DNA from: a virus
Strand: one strand, 5' to 3'
IMG/VR virus record: IMGVR_UViG_3300047498_000060
Coordinates: 119,296-183,295 of that record
DNA: 64,000 nt
Shown: one piece after another, positions 53,882-62,576 of the stretch
How the letters are laid out: each line of letters opens with the position of its first letter
How positions within the stretch are numbered: the stretch's first letter is position 1
The notes under the pieces: model-generated
What the model was told of the DNA's origin: nothing
What the model saw: only the letters and a program-made list of their open reading frames with translations
Database searches by the model: none
Made by a program: the position numbers and the translations under genes

Positions 53882-54270
53882 TAGCTGTTCGGCGGAGGCG
53901 GATCCGAGTCACCCGGCAACGACACGTTCCACTTCTTCTTCAGGATGGCGGAGATGCCACGGTAGGCGCCTGAAGAGAACCAGCCGAGCGAGAAGCCGTA
54001 GAGCACTAACGACAAGCGCGTAACCGAAGCCACTGGCGGGTACGGGTAGTACTGCGGGGACACGGCCAGACAAAAGAGCGTGCCGAGGAACGCGGGAAGC
54101 GCAGGCAAACAGAACATCTCCCAGACACGCTGCGCTCGCGACATCGGCGTACTATTCGATAACGTCGGCCACAATGCCTCCGCGAGTCGACGGATGAGCA
54201 ACGTGAGCACTGCCAGAGAGACGATAAGGGACGCGGTCGGCAACGTGAGAATGTCGTCGAGCTTGTTCAT
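53881..54270 (-). CDS. Putative holin
   Basis: 129 aa, 3 hydrophobic helices, basic C-terminus, at the end of the tail operon. Confidence 0.6.
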   Translation of the reverse strand: MNKLDDILTLPTASLIVSLAVLTLLIRRLAEALWPTLSNSTPMSRAQRVWEMFCLPALPAFLGTLFCLAVSPQYYPYPPVASVTRLSLVLYGFSLGWFSSGAYRGISAILKKKWNVSLPGDSDPPPPNS

Positions 54271-54271
54271 G

Positions 54272-54799
54272 TCAGAGGATTTTACCGAAGACCACGCAGC
54301 GTATGTAGCCGGCTGTCGTGACAGCGCTGCCCGGCGTGACCTGGATGTTTGCCCAGGTGGGATCGATGGTGACGCCAGGCACTGGGAGTGGCGAATTGAC
54401 GCTGTGATTCAGCGAGTACTGAGGCGATGACGCGGCGGTGAACGCGACCGTGGCGATGCTGGGCGTCGACCCGTCTCCGTGCCTAGCTGCACACAAATTG
54501 ACATCGATAGTGCCTCCGCCAGCGATGGGCGTTCCAGGGACAGGCGCAAACGGCCCCCACAGGACATCGAAGTCTGTGACGAAAAGCAAGTAGCTGGTCG
54601 GAGGGGTCAACGCAGGACTCGCGTCGAGCAGCGGACTGCCGTAGTCCCAGATGTCAACGGAGATGCCGCCAGACCCTACCGGCACGAGGATGTCGAAGGT
54701 CGCCTTGAAGAAGCTACCCCCACCCTCGAAGATACGCTGAATAGCGCCCGCACTCGTGCGGTGAAGAATTTGGGGTTCGCGGTTCGAGCCAGTATTCAT
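54272..54799 (-). CDS. Tail fibre-associated protein
   Basis: Beta-rich, directly downstream of the fibre gene. Confidence 0.5.
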   Translation of the reverse strand: MNTGSNREPQILHRTSAGAIQRIFEGGGSFFKATFDILVPVGSGGISVDIWDYGSPLLDASPALTPPTSYLLFVTDFDVLWGPFAPVPGTPIAGGGTIDVNLCAARHGDGSTPSIATVAFTAASSPQYSLNHSVNSPLPVPGVTIDPTWANIQVTPGSAVTTAGYIRCVVFGKIL

Positions 54800-54807
54800 A
54801 GAGACTC

Positions 54808-57006
54808 CTAGTACCTTTGGACGTTGCCGAGGACCGTAGCGAGCGGCAACACCTCGAGCTCATAGATGTCGACGGCCCCGGCGGTGCCCTGGAGCGGAGG
54901 AGCTCCACCCGTCCCCCAAGGCACAGGGTACTTGACCGACGTGCTGGTGTAGTGCGACAGGAAGCCGCCGCCCGTCAGCGCGCAACCCGCGGCGATCTGG
55001 AGGATGACGACGCGGATCTTCCGGCCAACCTGCAGCGGATACCCGGATGGCGTCGCGCTTCTGGTTGTCTGGGGGCTGGTCACATTGATGAGCAACGTGC
55101 AGCCGGAGGCGTTCGACAGATCGATGAAGAAGTCGTCGAAGTGATCCAAGTCGAGAATGACCGACTGCGTGCCAGTGCCGCTGACAGTGATTCGGTTGCC
55201 TCCGTAAGAAGTGTCGCCGGTGCCCTGCGCCACCCAGATCTGCTGGCGGTAGCCCGCCTGCACGCCGCCGTCGCTGGTGAGGTAGCCGAGTTCAAGCCAA
55301 CGAGACCCGAGGCCCGTGATGCTGTTCTGCGCAAAGGAACCCCAGCCGAGCACGCGGTTGCCGTCAGTGAGATCCGTATCCCGGCCCATGTAAGCCAGCG
55401 ACACATCCCCACGCACTGCGCCGCCGGGACCGTTGTACTGGGTATACGCGCCGGCCGACGGTGACGTCGATGGGATCGAGTTCACATCTGTTGCCGGCGG
55501 AGGCATGACCAAGTAGAGGCCGTCGTCGTTGTAGAGCTCGGTCGCCAGACCCAGAGGGTTCCCGAGGAACGACTGCTTCGATCCCAGAGCTCCGTTCCCC
55601 TGCACGAACGTCGGTGTCACCCAGCGAAGAGACGTGACCGATACGGGCAGAGATGCGAGCTCCGTTGAGGGGCCGCCGTCCGGTGCGGTGACGTAGATGG
55701 CCTTCGCGGTACCGGAGTGCTGCATGGCACGAACGGTGATCTTCTTGCCGGTGGACAGCGTCAGCTCGAACAAGTCCCGTGAGAGGGCGACGGCCGAACG
55801 AGGGATGTTGCTGTTGTTGGCGTCGTCTTTCCAGAAGTAGGACTCCGAAGTGTTGTCCAACGTGAGGAGGTAGAGGCCAGGGAAGGCACCCGTGGTGATG
55901 GTCGCGCTCGCGTCCGCAGAAATGCGCGTCCAGTAGCCCATGCCGACACTTGGATCGGCGATAGGATACTCACGGCGCAACGCGCTCATGATAGGTGCAA
56001 CAGCCGGAGCCGCGGGCGTCTCTCCGAAGAGAGACCAACGCGTGAAGTAACTGATGAACCCCGTAGATCCGAGCGCGCCGTACCCCCCATTGGTGGCGAC
56101 AGTTGCGTCACCCGTCAAGTCTGCGAGCCACTCCGCATTGAAACGGTCAACCATGGACCGGTCCGTGAGCGCTGTCTCCATCGTGAGCGCCTGCGCTGTG
56201 CGCGTAGCTACTGCTCCAGCACCCGGCGTGTTTTCCGTCCCTCCTCCGCCAGTCGTCGACAGGTTGTAAAGCCCGTTCAGTCCGCGCGTCGTGAGATCGA
56301 AGATGGTCGAATCCCAAGAGGCGTTCCAGGCCTCGCTGTTACCGTGCAACTGACGCAGAAGTTCTTGCGCATTGAAGATCGTCTTGTAGGAGCGCTCGGC
56401 TCCTCGAATCAGCGCGTCAGCCGGTAAGCTAGCGAGTTGCGTCCGCCGACCGAAGATGATGTTGTACACCACACCCGCAGGGATAACGACGTTGTACGTC
56501 AGCTGGACATCACCAGTAGAGAACCCTCCGCTACCTGCGGTAACAGGCGTAGACCCTAGATCCGTGGCCGTGTGCACCACAGCCACCGTGCCGGCAACGT
56601 TGATCTGATCTCCGGCCGCATCGAGGATGATGAAACCGAAATTCTTATCTTGGCTGCCCCCCATGAAAATGGGACCAGTGAGTGCAAACGGGATCGTCGC
56701 ACCCGTATCACCACCCCCAGCCGAGGTGATGGTGGCGGAAGGCCACTCAACCGCCAAGTCAGCGTGCAGGATGTTGTCAATGAAGTCAGTGTTCTGCGCA
56801 AGTGCTTGCGCAGGTCGATTCACGTTGCTGCTCGTAGCGTCGTCCGTGAAAGCAACGAAGTACGTCCCGTCGTTCACGCCGCTGCTGCGCTGACCGTCCG
56901 CCGCTGCGGGGACACCTGACGTCGCGTTGTTGATGTAGTCGAAATTCGACGGCAGACCGCCGAAGTAGGTCGGCACAGTCAGGCGGTGGAAGACGGGCGT
57001 AGTCAT
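54808..57006 (-). CDS. Tail fibre / receptor-binding protein
   Basis: NRPAQALAQNTDFI fibre N-terminal motif; G/T/S-rich beta composition. Confidence 0.7.
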   Translation of the reverse strand: MTTPVFHRLTVPTYFGGLPSNFDYINNATSGVPAAADGQRSSGVNDGTYFVAFTDDATSSNVNRPAQALAQNTDFIDNILHADLAVEWPSATITSAGGGDTGATIPFALTGPIFMGGSQDKNFGFIILDAAGDQINVAGTVAVVHTATDLGSTPVTAGSGGFSTGDVQLTYNVVIPAGVVYNIIFGRRTQLASLPADALIRGAERSYKTIFNAQELLRQLHGNSEAWNASWDSTIFDLTTRGLNGLYNLSTTGGGGTENTPGAGAVATRTAQALTMETALTDRSMVDRFNAEWLADLTGDATVATNGGYGALGSTGFISYFTRWSLFGETPAAPAVAPIMSALRREYPIADPSVGMGYWTRISADASATITTGAFPGLYLLTLDNTSESYFWKDDANNSNIPRSAVALSRDLFELTLSTGKKITVRAMQHSGTAKAIYVTAPDGGPSTELASLPVSVTSLRWVTPTFVQGNGALGSKQSFLGNPLGLATELYNDDGLYLVMPPPATDVNSIPSTSPSAGAYTQYNGPGGAVRGDVSLAYMGRDTDLTDGNRVLGWGSFAQNSITGLGSRWLELGYLTSDGGVQAGYRQQIWVAQGTGDTSYGGNRITVSGTGTQSVILDLDHFDDFFIDLSNASGCTLLINVTSPQTTRSATPSGYPLQVGRKIRVVILQIAAGCALTGGGFLSHYTSTSVKYPVPWGTGGAPPLQGTAGAVDIYELEVLPLATVLGNVQRY

Positions 57007-57018
57007 GGTATCTCCGGC

Positions 57019-57717
57019 TCAGAAACGAATCGTCCACTGTATCTCGAGGTCGAACGCGTCGGTCTTCGAGATGGTGTCGAAGGTGTCATAGGCGATGGGC
57101 GCGTTGTTGTAGATGTTCGGGTTCACTGCCGCGGTGAAGAGGCCGACCTCCGAGAGAGGGACGAGCAGGTACGGATTATAACTCACGTCCGTCTGCTGAA
57201 AGAGTACCGAGAAGGTCGCGTCGTAGGGCACGTCATCGACGGACCAGGCCGGAGCCTGGACCTGCGAGAGCCACACATCCGTCGGATAGTAGGGGTACGG
57301 CAGAACCCCGCCACTCACACGCACCGGTCGCTCAAGAGCGATAACCGTCGGGTCTGTGTCGGTCTGGGCGTTGGTGCCTGGGTAAGCCCCGCTCGGCGAC
57401 GGAGGAGACGCTCCTAGAGGGGATGCATTCGCCACACCCAACGCGATCTGCTTGTTGCCTCCGATGCCGAGGCCCATGTACTGCACGCGGTCGTTACGTA
57501 GCGGCGTACCGACGCTACCTACGAACGAGTTGTACGTGATGAGCTGGGCAAGGTACTGCCGCCCGAGGTTCAGCCAGATGTTGTGCCCCTTACGGCGCGC
57601 AACGATCTTGCCTCTCTCGCGCATCGTGAGCTCGAGGTTGCTGCGAACCGTGAGCTTGTCGGTGATCTGGCACCCGCCACGACGACGGCCGGGTGTGTTG
57701 GTCCTACGTGTTCGCAT
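57019..57717 (-). CDS. Baseplate/tail collar protein
   Basis: HNIWLNLGRQYLA, YMGLGIGG, LSEVGLF, ISKT...IQWTIRF. Confidence 0.7.
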   Translation of the reverse strand: MRTRRTNTPGRRRGGCQITDKLTVRSNLELTMRERGKIVARRKGHNIWLNLGRQYLAQLITYNSFVGSVGTPLRNDRVQYMGLGIGGNKQIALGVANASPLGASPPSPSGAYPGTNAQTDTDPTVIALERPVRVSGGVLPYPYYPTDVWLSQVQAPAWSVDDVPYDATFSVLFQQTDVSYNPYLLVPLSEVGLFTAAVNPNIYNNAPIAYDTFDTISKTDAFDLEIQWTIRF

Positions 57718-58237
57718 GGGAGCTCCAGATCGTGGTCAACTCGTCGACGAAGCCAGCGTACATCGCGGACGAGATCTTCGTGAGGGTCTTCTTTTCCGAG
57801 AGTAGCGCCTTCAGTCGCTCCATGGGTACTTCCTTGATCGGACCCAGAAACCTGTCGGTGTTGTAGTGGGCCAGGTAGAGCCTACGGGCCTCGTCGAGGC
57901 TTCTGCAGCCCAGCATAACCTTGTCCTCGTCGTAGCTGCCGTCGTCTTTATTCTGGTGCACCACGAAGGCGCTGGCTGCGTTCTTGTTCGGCCCAACGTA
58001 GCAGTCGACGCCCTCGTCATCCGCTCCCTTGCTCCCGACGATGTACCCATAGGGCGCCTTCATGAGGGTGTGCCAGGGCTTGCCGTCCTTGTCGTGGCCG
58101 GAGCGCGTGCTGCCTTTCTTGTTCTCGACGGCGATACGCAAGCCCTGGAAGGACATGTGCCCCTCGAGTTTGTACTTCTTGGGCGAGTGCTTCTTGTGCG
58201 TCGCCTTCTCGAGAGCTTGGGATGTGTAAACGCCCAT
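57704..58237 (-). CDS. Stand-alone inorganic pyrophosphatase-like (InPase) domain protein
   Basis: GLRIAVENKKGSTRSG.D.DGKPW, YGYI..S.GADDEGVDCYVGP, VVHQ, YDEDKVMLG. Confidence 0.8.
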   Translation of the reverse strand: MGVYTSQALEKATHKKHSPKKYKLEGHMSFQGLRIAVENKKGSTRSGHDKDGKPWHTLMKAPYGYIVGSKGADDEGVDCYVGPNKNAASAFVVHQNKDDGSYDEDKVMLGCRSLDEARRLYLAHYNTDRFLGPIKEVPMERLKALLSEKKTLTKISSAMYAGFVDELTTIWSSHANT

Positions 58238-61200
58238 CAGAGCGACCTATAGCTGACGTACGTGCCAGCGGCCAGATCGGTGTCGAAAGCCCAAGCCACC
58301 GACTGCCCCATCGTGATGAGAACGTTCTCCCAGAGAACCTCTACGTCCGACGGAGATCCCGCCGTCGAATGGATGTAGCAGGCCAAAGTGTCACTGCCCG
58401 TCACCGCGACGCTGACCGCGCTCTCAAGAATGAAGTCACCCGCGGTGGTCGTGAAGGGGATAGTCTCGATGGTGACGTTGTTCTGCTGGATGATGAGCGC
58501 AAAAGAGTTCTGTGTGTAGAGCGCGTTCACTCGGATCTCTATGGAGATCGAAGTAAGCGTACCCGACGAGAGCAGCACTATCGGCTCACCGATCATCTTC
58601 CCCGGAGCTGCGATGGGGATGTAGTCCGTGAGCCCCGAGTCGAACGCTGCGACCACCGAGTTGTAGATCGGAAGATCGAACACGAAAATACTGTCGAAGG
58701 TGGGCTTGCTGGCCCCGATAGTCGTCGTTAGTGTAACGAACGCCGCATCCTCGGGGCAGAGGTACTTCTTGTCGAAGCCCCAGAGGATGGGGAGCGTAGG
58801 GTTGGGCCACGTCGCGTCTGCGAAGGGACTCTGGTCGAACTGGTTGCGCCATCCGCCGCCGGCCGAGTTCGGCTGGTCGAACATGGTGGCTACGCCGATG
58901 TAGCCGTTCGTGCAGGCACCGTCATAGATGTAGAGCGTCCCCGTCGCTAGCACCGAGTCGGAGACTGAGACCGACGTCGACGGAACCGTCTCGAGCACCA
59001 CGAAGAGCGGGTACGTGTACGTCGGCTTGATGCGTCTGATGAACGTCTGACAGAAGAGCAGCGCTTGGAGATTGAAGGCCGATGCATCGACCTGCACCAG
59101 GAACTTGAAGAACTTCTCGACCTCGAAGAAAGCCCCCTGCTCGAGGTACCCCTGAAACCACGTCGGGTCGCTAACATAGTCTTCGACCCGCACTCCGGTG
59201 ACGAGCGGGGAAAATTGCTGAACCGTATCCCCAACAGCGTACGGCTTTCCTGTGACGGGGTTCGTCTCAAGATTGAGCGAGACCGGGTACGTATACGAGC
59301 GCACGATGGCCGCAGTGCTCGCGTCCTCCACGAGGATGCGGCCCTGTGTCTGACTGAAGTCGCTGCGGATCTCAACGATGACGCCTGTCTGGTCTGCGAA
59401 CGGCAGCCCCAGCAGGATCTGGGTGCCGACGCGAAGGTTGAAGACCGTCGGGCCATTCCAGTACGCGTACCAGAGCCCCTGTACCGACGAGAGATAGTCG
59501 ACGTTCGAGGGGAGCTGTGAAAGGTCGTCCAGGGTGAACTCCGCCGGGATGCCGAAGTTCGCCTCAATGGTCGGACGATTGTCGAGGTAACTCGTCTCGG
59601 CCCACATCCGCGCCGGCGGCGGTGCTCCCTCCCAAACGTCGGGGCCACCCGCGTTCGCGGGCACCGGCGTAACAAAGGAGATGGCCGAGGCACCACGGAA
59701 CGTCGTGAAGAAGAAGTCGACGTTCCGGCGAAGCACCTGTGAATCGTCGGTGTTGACGATGAGCTCCTGAAGGAGCGGGATGTCGACGATGAGCGGGTCG
59801 AGCGGGATGTACTTACGGCGCAGAACACTCGCCAGTGAGACGGTGTACGTTGAGGGTTGTGCCAGGTAAACGCCGACAGGTGTAGCATCGACCGGCAGGC
59901 TTCCCGTCACCTGCGAGCTCGAGCCGAGCACCAGTGACGTGATCGTTATCGGCACCTGTGTCGAGTTCTGCACTACCTGGAAGCTGACGATGTCCCCGGC
60001 CTCGCACATCCCGTTCCAGAAGTCGAGGTCAGTGGAAGTGGCCGTGCCCGAGATGGACCAAGAGGTTCCGCACGGAAGCGGAAGAGGATCAAGCAGCGTG
60101 ACGCGCTGGAAGTAGAATGGGTCACTCGGAACGTCCACGATCCGCGCAATGCGGTACGCCACTCCATCTACGCAAAGAAACGAACCTGCGGGGATGCTGA
60201 GGAACTGCAGGCTCGAATCAACATAGTAGGTGTTCGTGCCAAGAGCTGCGCCCGCCATACCGCTGGGCGCCGCGATCGTCTCCCCGACGGAGTAGAGCGG
60301 GGAGGTGCTCGAGGAAAGTACTGTGATCGGATAGTCCGCATCGATGCGAAGAATCGTCGAGGTGCCGAGACGGTTATCGATGGCACTGACAACGATGGAA
60401 CTGTCGTACTGCTGCAGGATGTTCTGGATCACCTGCTGGACCGTCGACGGAGTGTACGGATCGGCGTGCACGAACGGGATGACGACCGGCGTAGTGCGCG
60501 TCGCGAGCTGCAGGTCCAGGTGTGTCCCAGCGACGCCGGACATCCCCCCATTCGGGATGGGGATGCTCGGGAGTCCTCCAAAGATGGCGCTTACCGAAGT
60601 CACGCCGATGAGGTTCGGGTTCTCCTGCATGAGGAGGTCGTAGTGAAGCCAGCGCCGCTGAAACGTGCGCTGGATGTCCCGTAGGCTCTTGCCGTAGTTC
60701 ACCTGCCAGAGTGTCAAGAGCTCGGCAGCGGCGACCTGGGCCAGGCCTTGCCAGAACGCCGTGATGCGCTCAGTACCGTCCACCAAGCTCCAGAAGTCGG
60801 AGAGGTAATTCCAGACGAAGGAGAGGTCTGGGATACATCCACGCGCGATGGCAGACTCAACGACGTTCACCACCATCGTTGTCGGCACGGAAAAGACGGC
60901 GCCGTCGTAGACGGTGAGCTGGAACTTGAAGAACCCCGGAACGTCGGGGTAGAACGTTGGCGTCGGACTAGTTGGCGTGTTGATGCCGTTCTGCGGCAAG
61001 TACGAGAACGTCGTCGCAGAGCTGAGGCTGTCAGGCAGGTCAAACTCAGTGATCTGCGCGTAGAAACCGTGGAGCATGTCGATGCCCACAGTGACGATGG
61101 AGTACGGGATGCCGCCCACAACAAGAACGCCACCCGGCTGAATCGGACTGAGTGCGTTTACATCTGCGAGCGACGCCGAGTACAGGAGGTTGGTGAACCC

Positions 61201-62160
61201 CGTAGGCATCGAAAGCGGATACGTGAAGCCGTCCGTCAGCGTGTGGATGTACTGACTGGGCGGCGGAGCATCGATGAGCTCCCAGTAGTAGGTGAGGGTT
61301 GCCCCTTGTGGATCCGTGCTTGCGGTTCCGTCGAGCTGAAGAATCTCGCAAAGCTGGATGGCCTGGTCGGGCCCCGGATCTGCGCTCGGAGGGATAGCAG
61401 GGATGAGCACGCCCGCACCAAGGGCGATGCTCTGGATGGCCACTGTGACCGGGGCCGGGTTGCAGCGCACGGAGACCACCGAAAGACTCAGCGGAGTCTG
61501 AGCTGCACTCGAGGACGGAATGACCGGGAGGATGTACCTGAGCTGATGACCGAGCAACTGGTAGTCCGCCTCCGGAGTGATGTAGAGGTAGACCGTGCCG
61601 GTGGACCAGCTGACCGCCGCAAGAACAACGAAGAGCTCGCTTTCTCCGACCAGCGTTTGGCTGTTCGGCAGCGGCATGACCGGGGTATCGAGGACGATGT
61701 TACCGTCCGTGTCGAAGTGCACCGAGCCGGTGTAGGCGATGCCCTCTTGTGAGAAGAACAGCCCCATGCAGGCAGCCGACGGGCAGAACGACCCGAAGTA
61801 CGAATGCGTGTTGATGATGTCGCTGAAGTCCGCGGGCAGGTCGGGCCACGACACGACGAACTGCATCGTGAAGTCCTGCGGAACATCCACCTCGAGGAGG
61901 AGGGCGGCTGTGCCCGTGTCTGTGCCTCCCGACGTCAGATCCTGAAAGTTGTCGTCATCGATCGGGAACTGGTCGTCGCCGCCGAGTACAACAACCTGGT
62001 CGTATGTCAGAAGAAGCGTGACGTCATTGTAGTCGCCGACGTAATAGACGTTGAACGGGTCAACGAACGGGAGCGGGCCGCTCGAACCCTCGCCCGATCC
62101 TCCCCATGGCGCCGAGCCCCACGGGGATCCACCCCACCCAATCGGCGTGCTTGGCGACAT
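58237..62160 (-). CDS. Large baseplate wedge protein with PKD/Ig-like domain
   Basis: ADPGPDQ...LDGTASTDPQGATLTYYW and TPTFYPDVPG..KFQLTV. C-terminal GLWYAYWNGPT and FIRRIKPTYT wedge-like motifs. Confidence 0.7.
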   Translation of the reverse strand: MSPSTPIGWGGSPWGSAPWGGSGEGSSGPLPFVDPFNVYYVGDYNDVTLLLTYDQVVVLGGDDQFPIDDDNFQDLTSGGTDTGTAALLLEVDVPQDFTMQFVVSWPDLPADFSDIINTHSYFGSFCPSAACMGLFFSQEGIAYTGSVHFDTDGNIVLDTPVMPLPNSQTLVGESELFVVLAAVSWSTGTVYLYITPEADYQLLGHQLRYILPVIPSSSAAQTPLSLSVVSVRCNPAPVTVAIQSIALGAGVLIPAIPPSADPGPDQAIQLCEILQLDGTASTDPQGATLTYYWELIDAPPPSQYIHTLTDGFTYPLSMPTGFTNLLYSASLADVNALSPIQPGGVLVVGGIPYSIVTVGIDMLHGFYAQITEFDLPDSLSSATTFSYLPQNGINTPTSPTPTFYPDVPGFFKFQLTVYDGAVFSVPTTMVVNVVESAIARGCIPDLSFVWNYLSDFWSLVDGTERITAFWQGLAQVAAAELLTLWQVNYGKSLRDIQRTFQRRWLHYDLLMQENPNLIGVTSVSAIFGGLPSIPIPNGGMSGVAGTHLDLQLATRTTPVVIPFVHADPYTPSTVQQVIQNILQQYDSSIVVSAIDNRLGTSTILRIDADYPITVLSSSTSPLYSVGETIAAPSGMAGAALGTNTYYVDSSLQFLSIPAGSFLCVDGVAYRIARIVDVPSDPFYFQRVTLLDPLPLPCGTSWSISGTATSTDLDFWNGMCEAGDIVSFQVVQNSTQVPITITSLVLGSSSQVTGSLPVDATPVGVYLAQPSTYTVSLASVLRRKYIPLDPLIVDIPLLQELIVNTDDSQVLRRNVDFFFTTFRGASAISFVTPVPANAGGPDVWEGAPPPARMWAETSYLDNRPTIEANFGIPAEFTLDDLSQLPSNVDYLSSVQGLWYAYWNGPTVFNLRVGTQILLGLPFADQTGVIVEIRSDFSQTQGRILVEDASTAAIVRSYTYPVSLNLETNPVTGKPYAVGDTVQQFSPLVTGVRVEDYVSDPTWFQGYLEQGAFFEVEKFFKFLVQVDASAFNLQALLFCQTFIRRIKPTYTYPLFVVLETVPSTSVSVSDSVLATGTLYIYDGACTNGYIGVATMFDQPNSAGGGWRNQFDQSPFADATWPNPTLPILWGFDKKYLCPEDAAFVTLTTTIGASKPTFDSIFVFDLPIYNSVVAAFDSGLTDYIPIAAPGKMIGEPIVLLSSGTLTSISIEIRVNALYTQNSFALIIQQNNVTIETIPFTTTAGDFILESAVSVAVTGSDTLACYIHSTAGSPSDVEVLWENVLITMGQSVAWAFDTDLAAGTYVSYRSL

Positions 62161-62172
62161 GTTCCGGCTCGC

Positions 62173-62201
62173 AGTCTAGGCTACAACGCGGGCGTATCCA
62201 A
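62173..62201 (-). promoter_or_regulatory. sigma70-like promoter TTGGAT-17-TAGACT
   Basis: Lies in the short intergenic gap upstream of the wedge gene. Confidence 0.5.
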
Positions 62202-62204
62202 GGA

Positions 62205-62576
62205 TCATAGATTCGGGGCGATGGTGAGCCTTGCGGTCTCCACTGTCGTGACGGTGCCCGTCAGATCCGTGAGGACCCAGGTGAAGGTCATCGGGATGCG
62301 AACATTAGGGAAGCCGCTGGTCATCCCGGGCTGAATCGGGAAGATGCCGATGCCGGCAGGCCCATTCGTGATGACGACCGAACCATCATCCGTCGTGCCA
62401 TCGAGACTCACAGACGGACTACCGCACACAGCCCTGAAGACAAGCCTGCAGCCCGTGATGTCAGCCGGCTTCCCGTTCAGCAACACCGTGACTTGTAGCG
62501 TTCGCGAGTCTCCTCGGTACATCCAGAGGTCGGCGATCTCTACGGGCTTCTTCGGCCACTGCCTGGTCTTGTTCAC
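62205..62576 (-). CDS. BppU N-terminal-like Ig-fold protein
   Basis: MYRGDSRTLQVTV...PADITG. Confidence 0.6.
   Translation of the reverse strand: MNKTRQWPKKPVEIADLWMYRGDSRTLQVTVLLNGKPADITGCRLVFRAVCGSPSVSLDGTTDDGSVVITNGPAGIGIFPIQPGMTSGFPNVRIPMTFTWVLTDLTGTVTTVETARLTIAPNL

Noticed and set aside
477-62000. Many long antisense ORFs (e.g. 477-1565, 15931-17328, 44805-45761, 52549-53763)
   Set aside because: Shadow frames caused by high GC3 in the real genes; no motifs or RBS.
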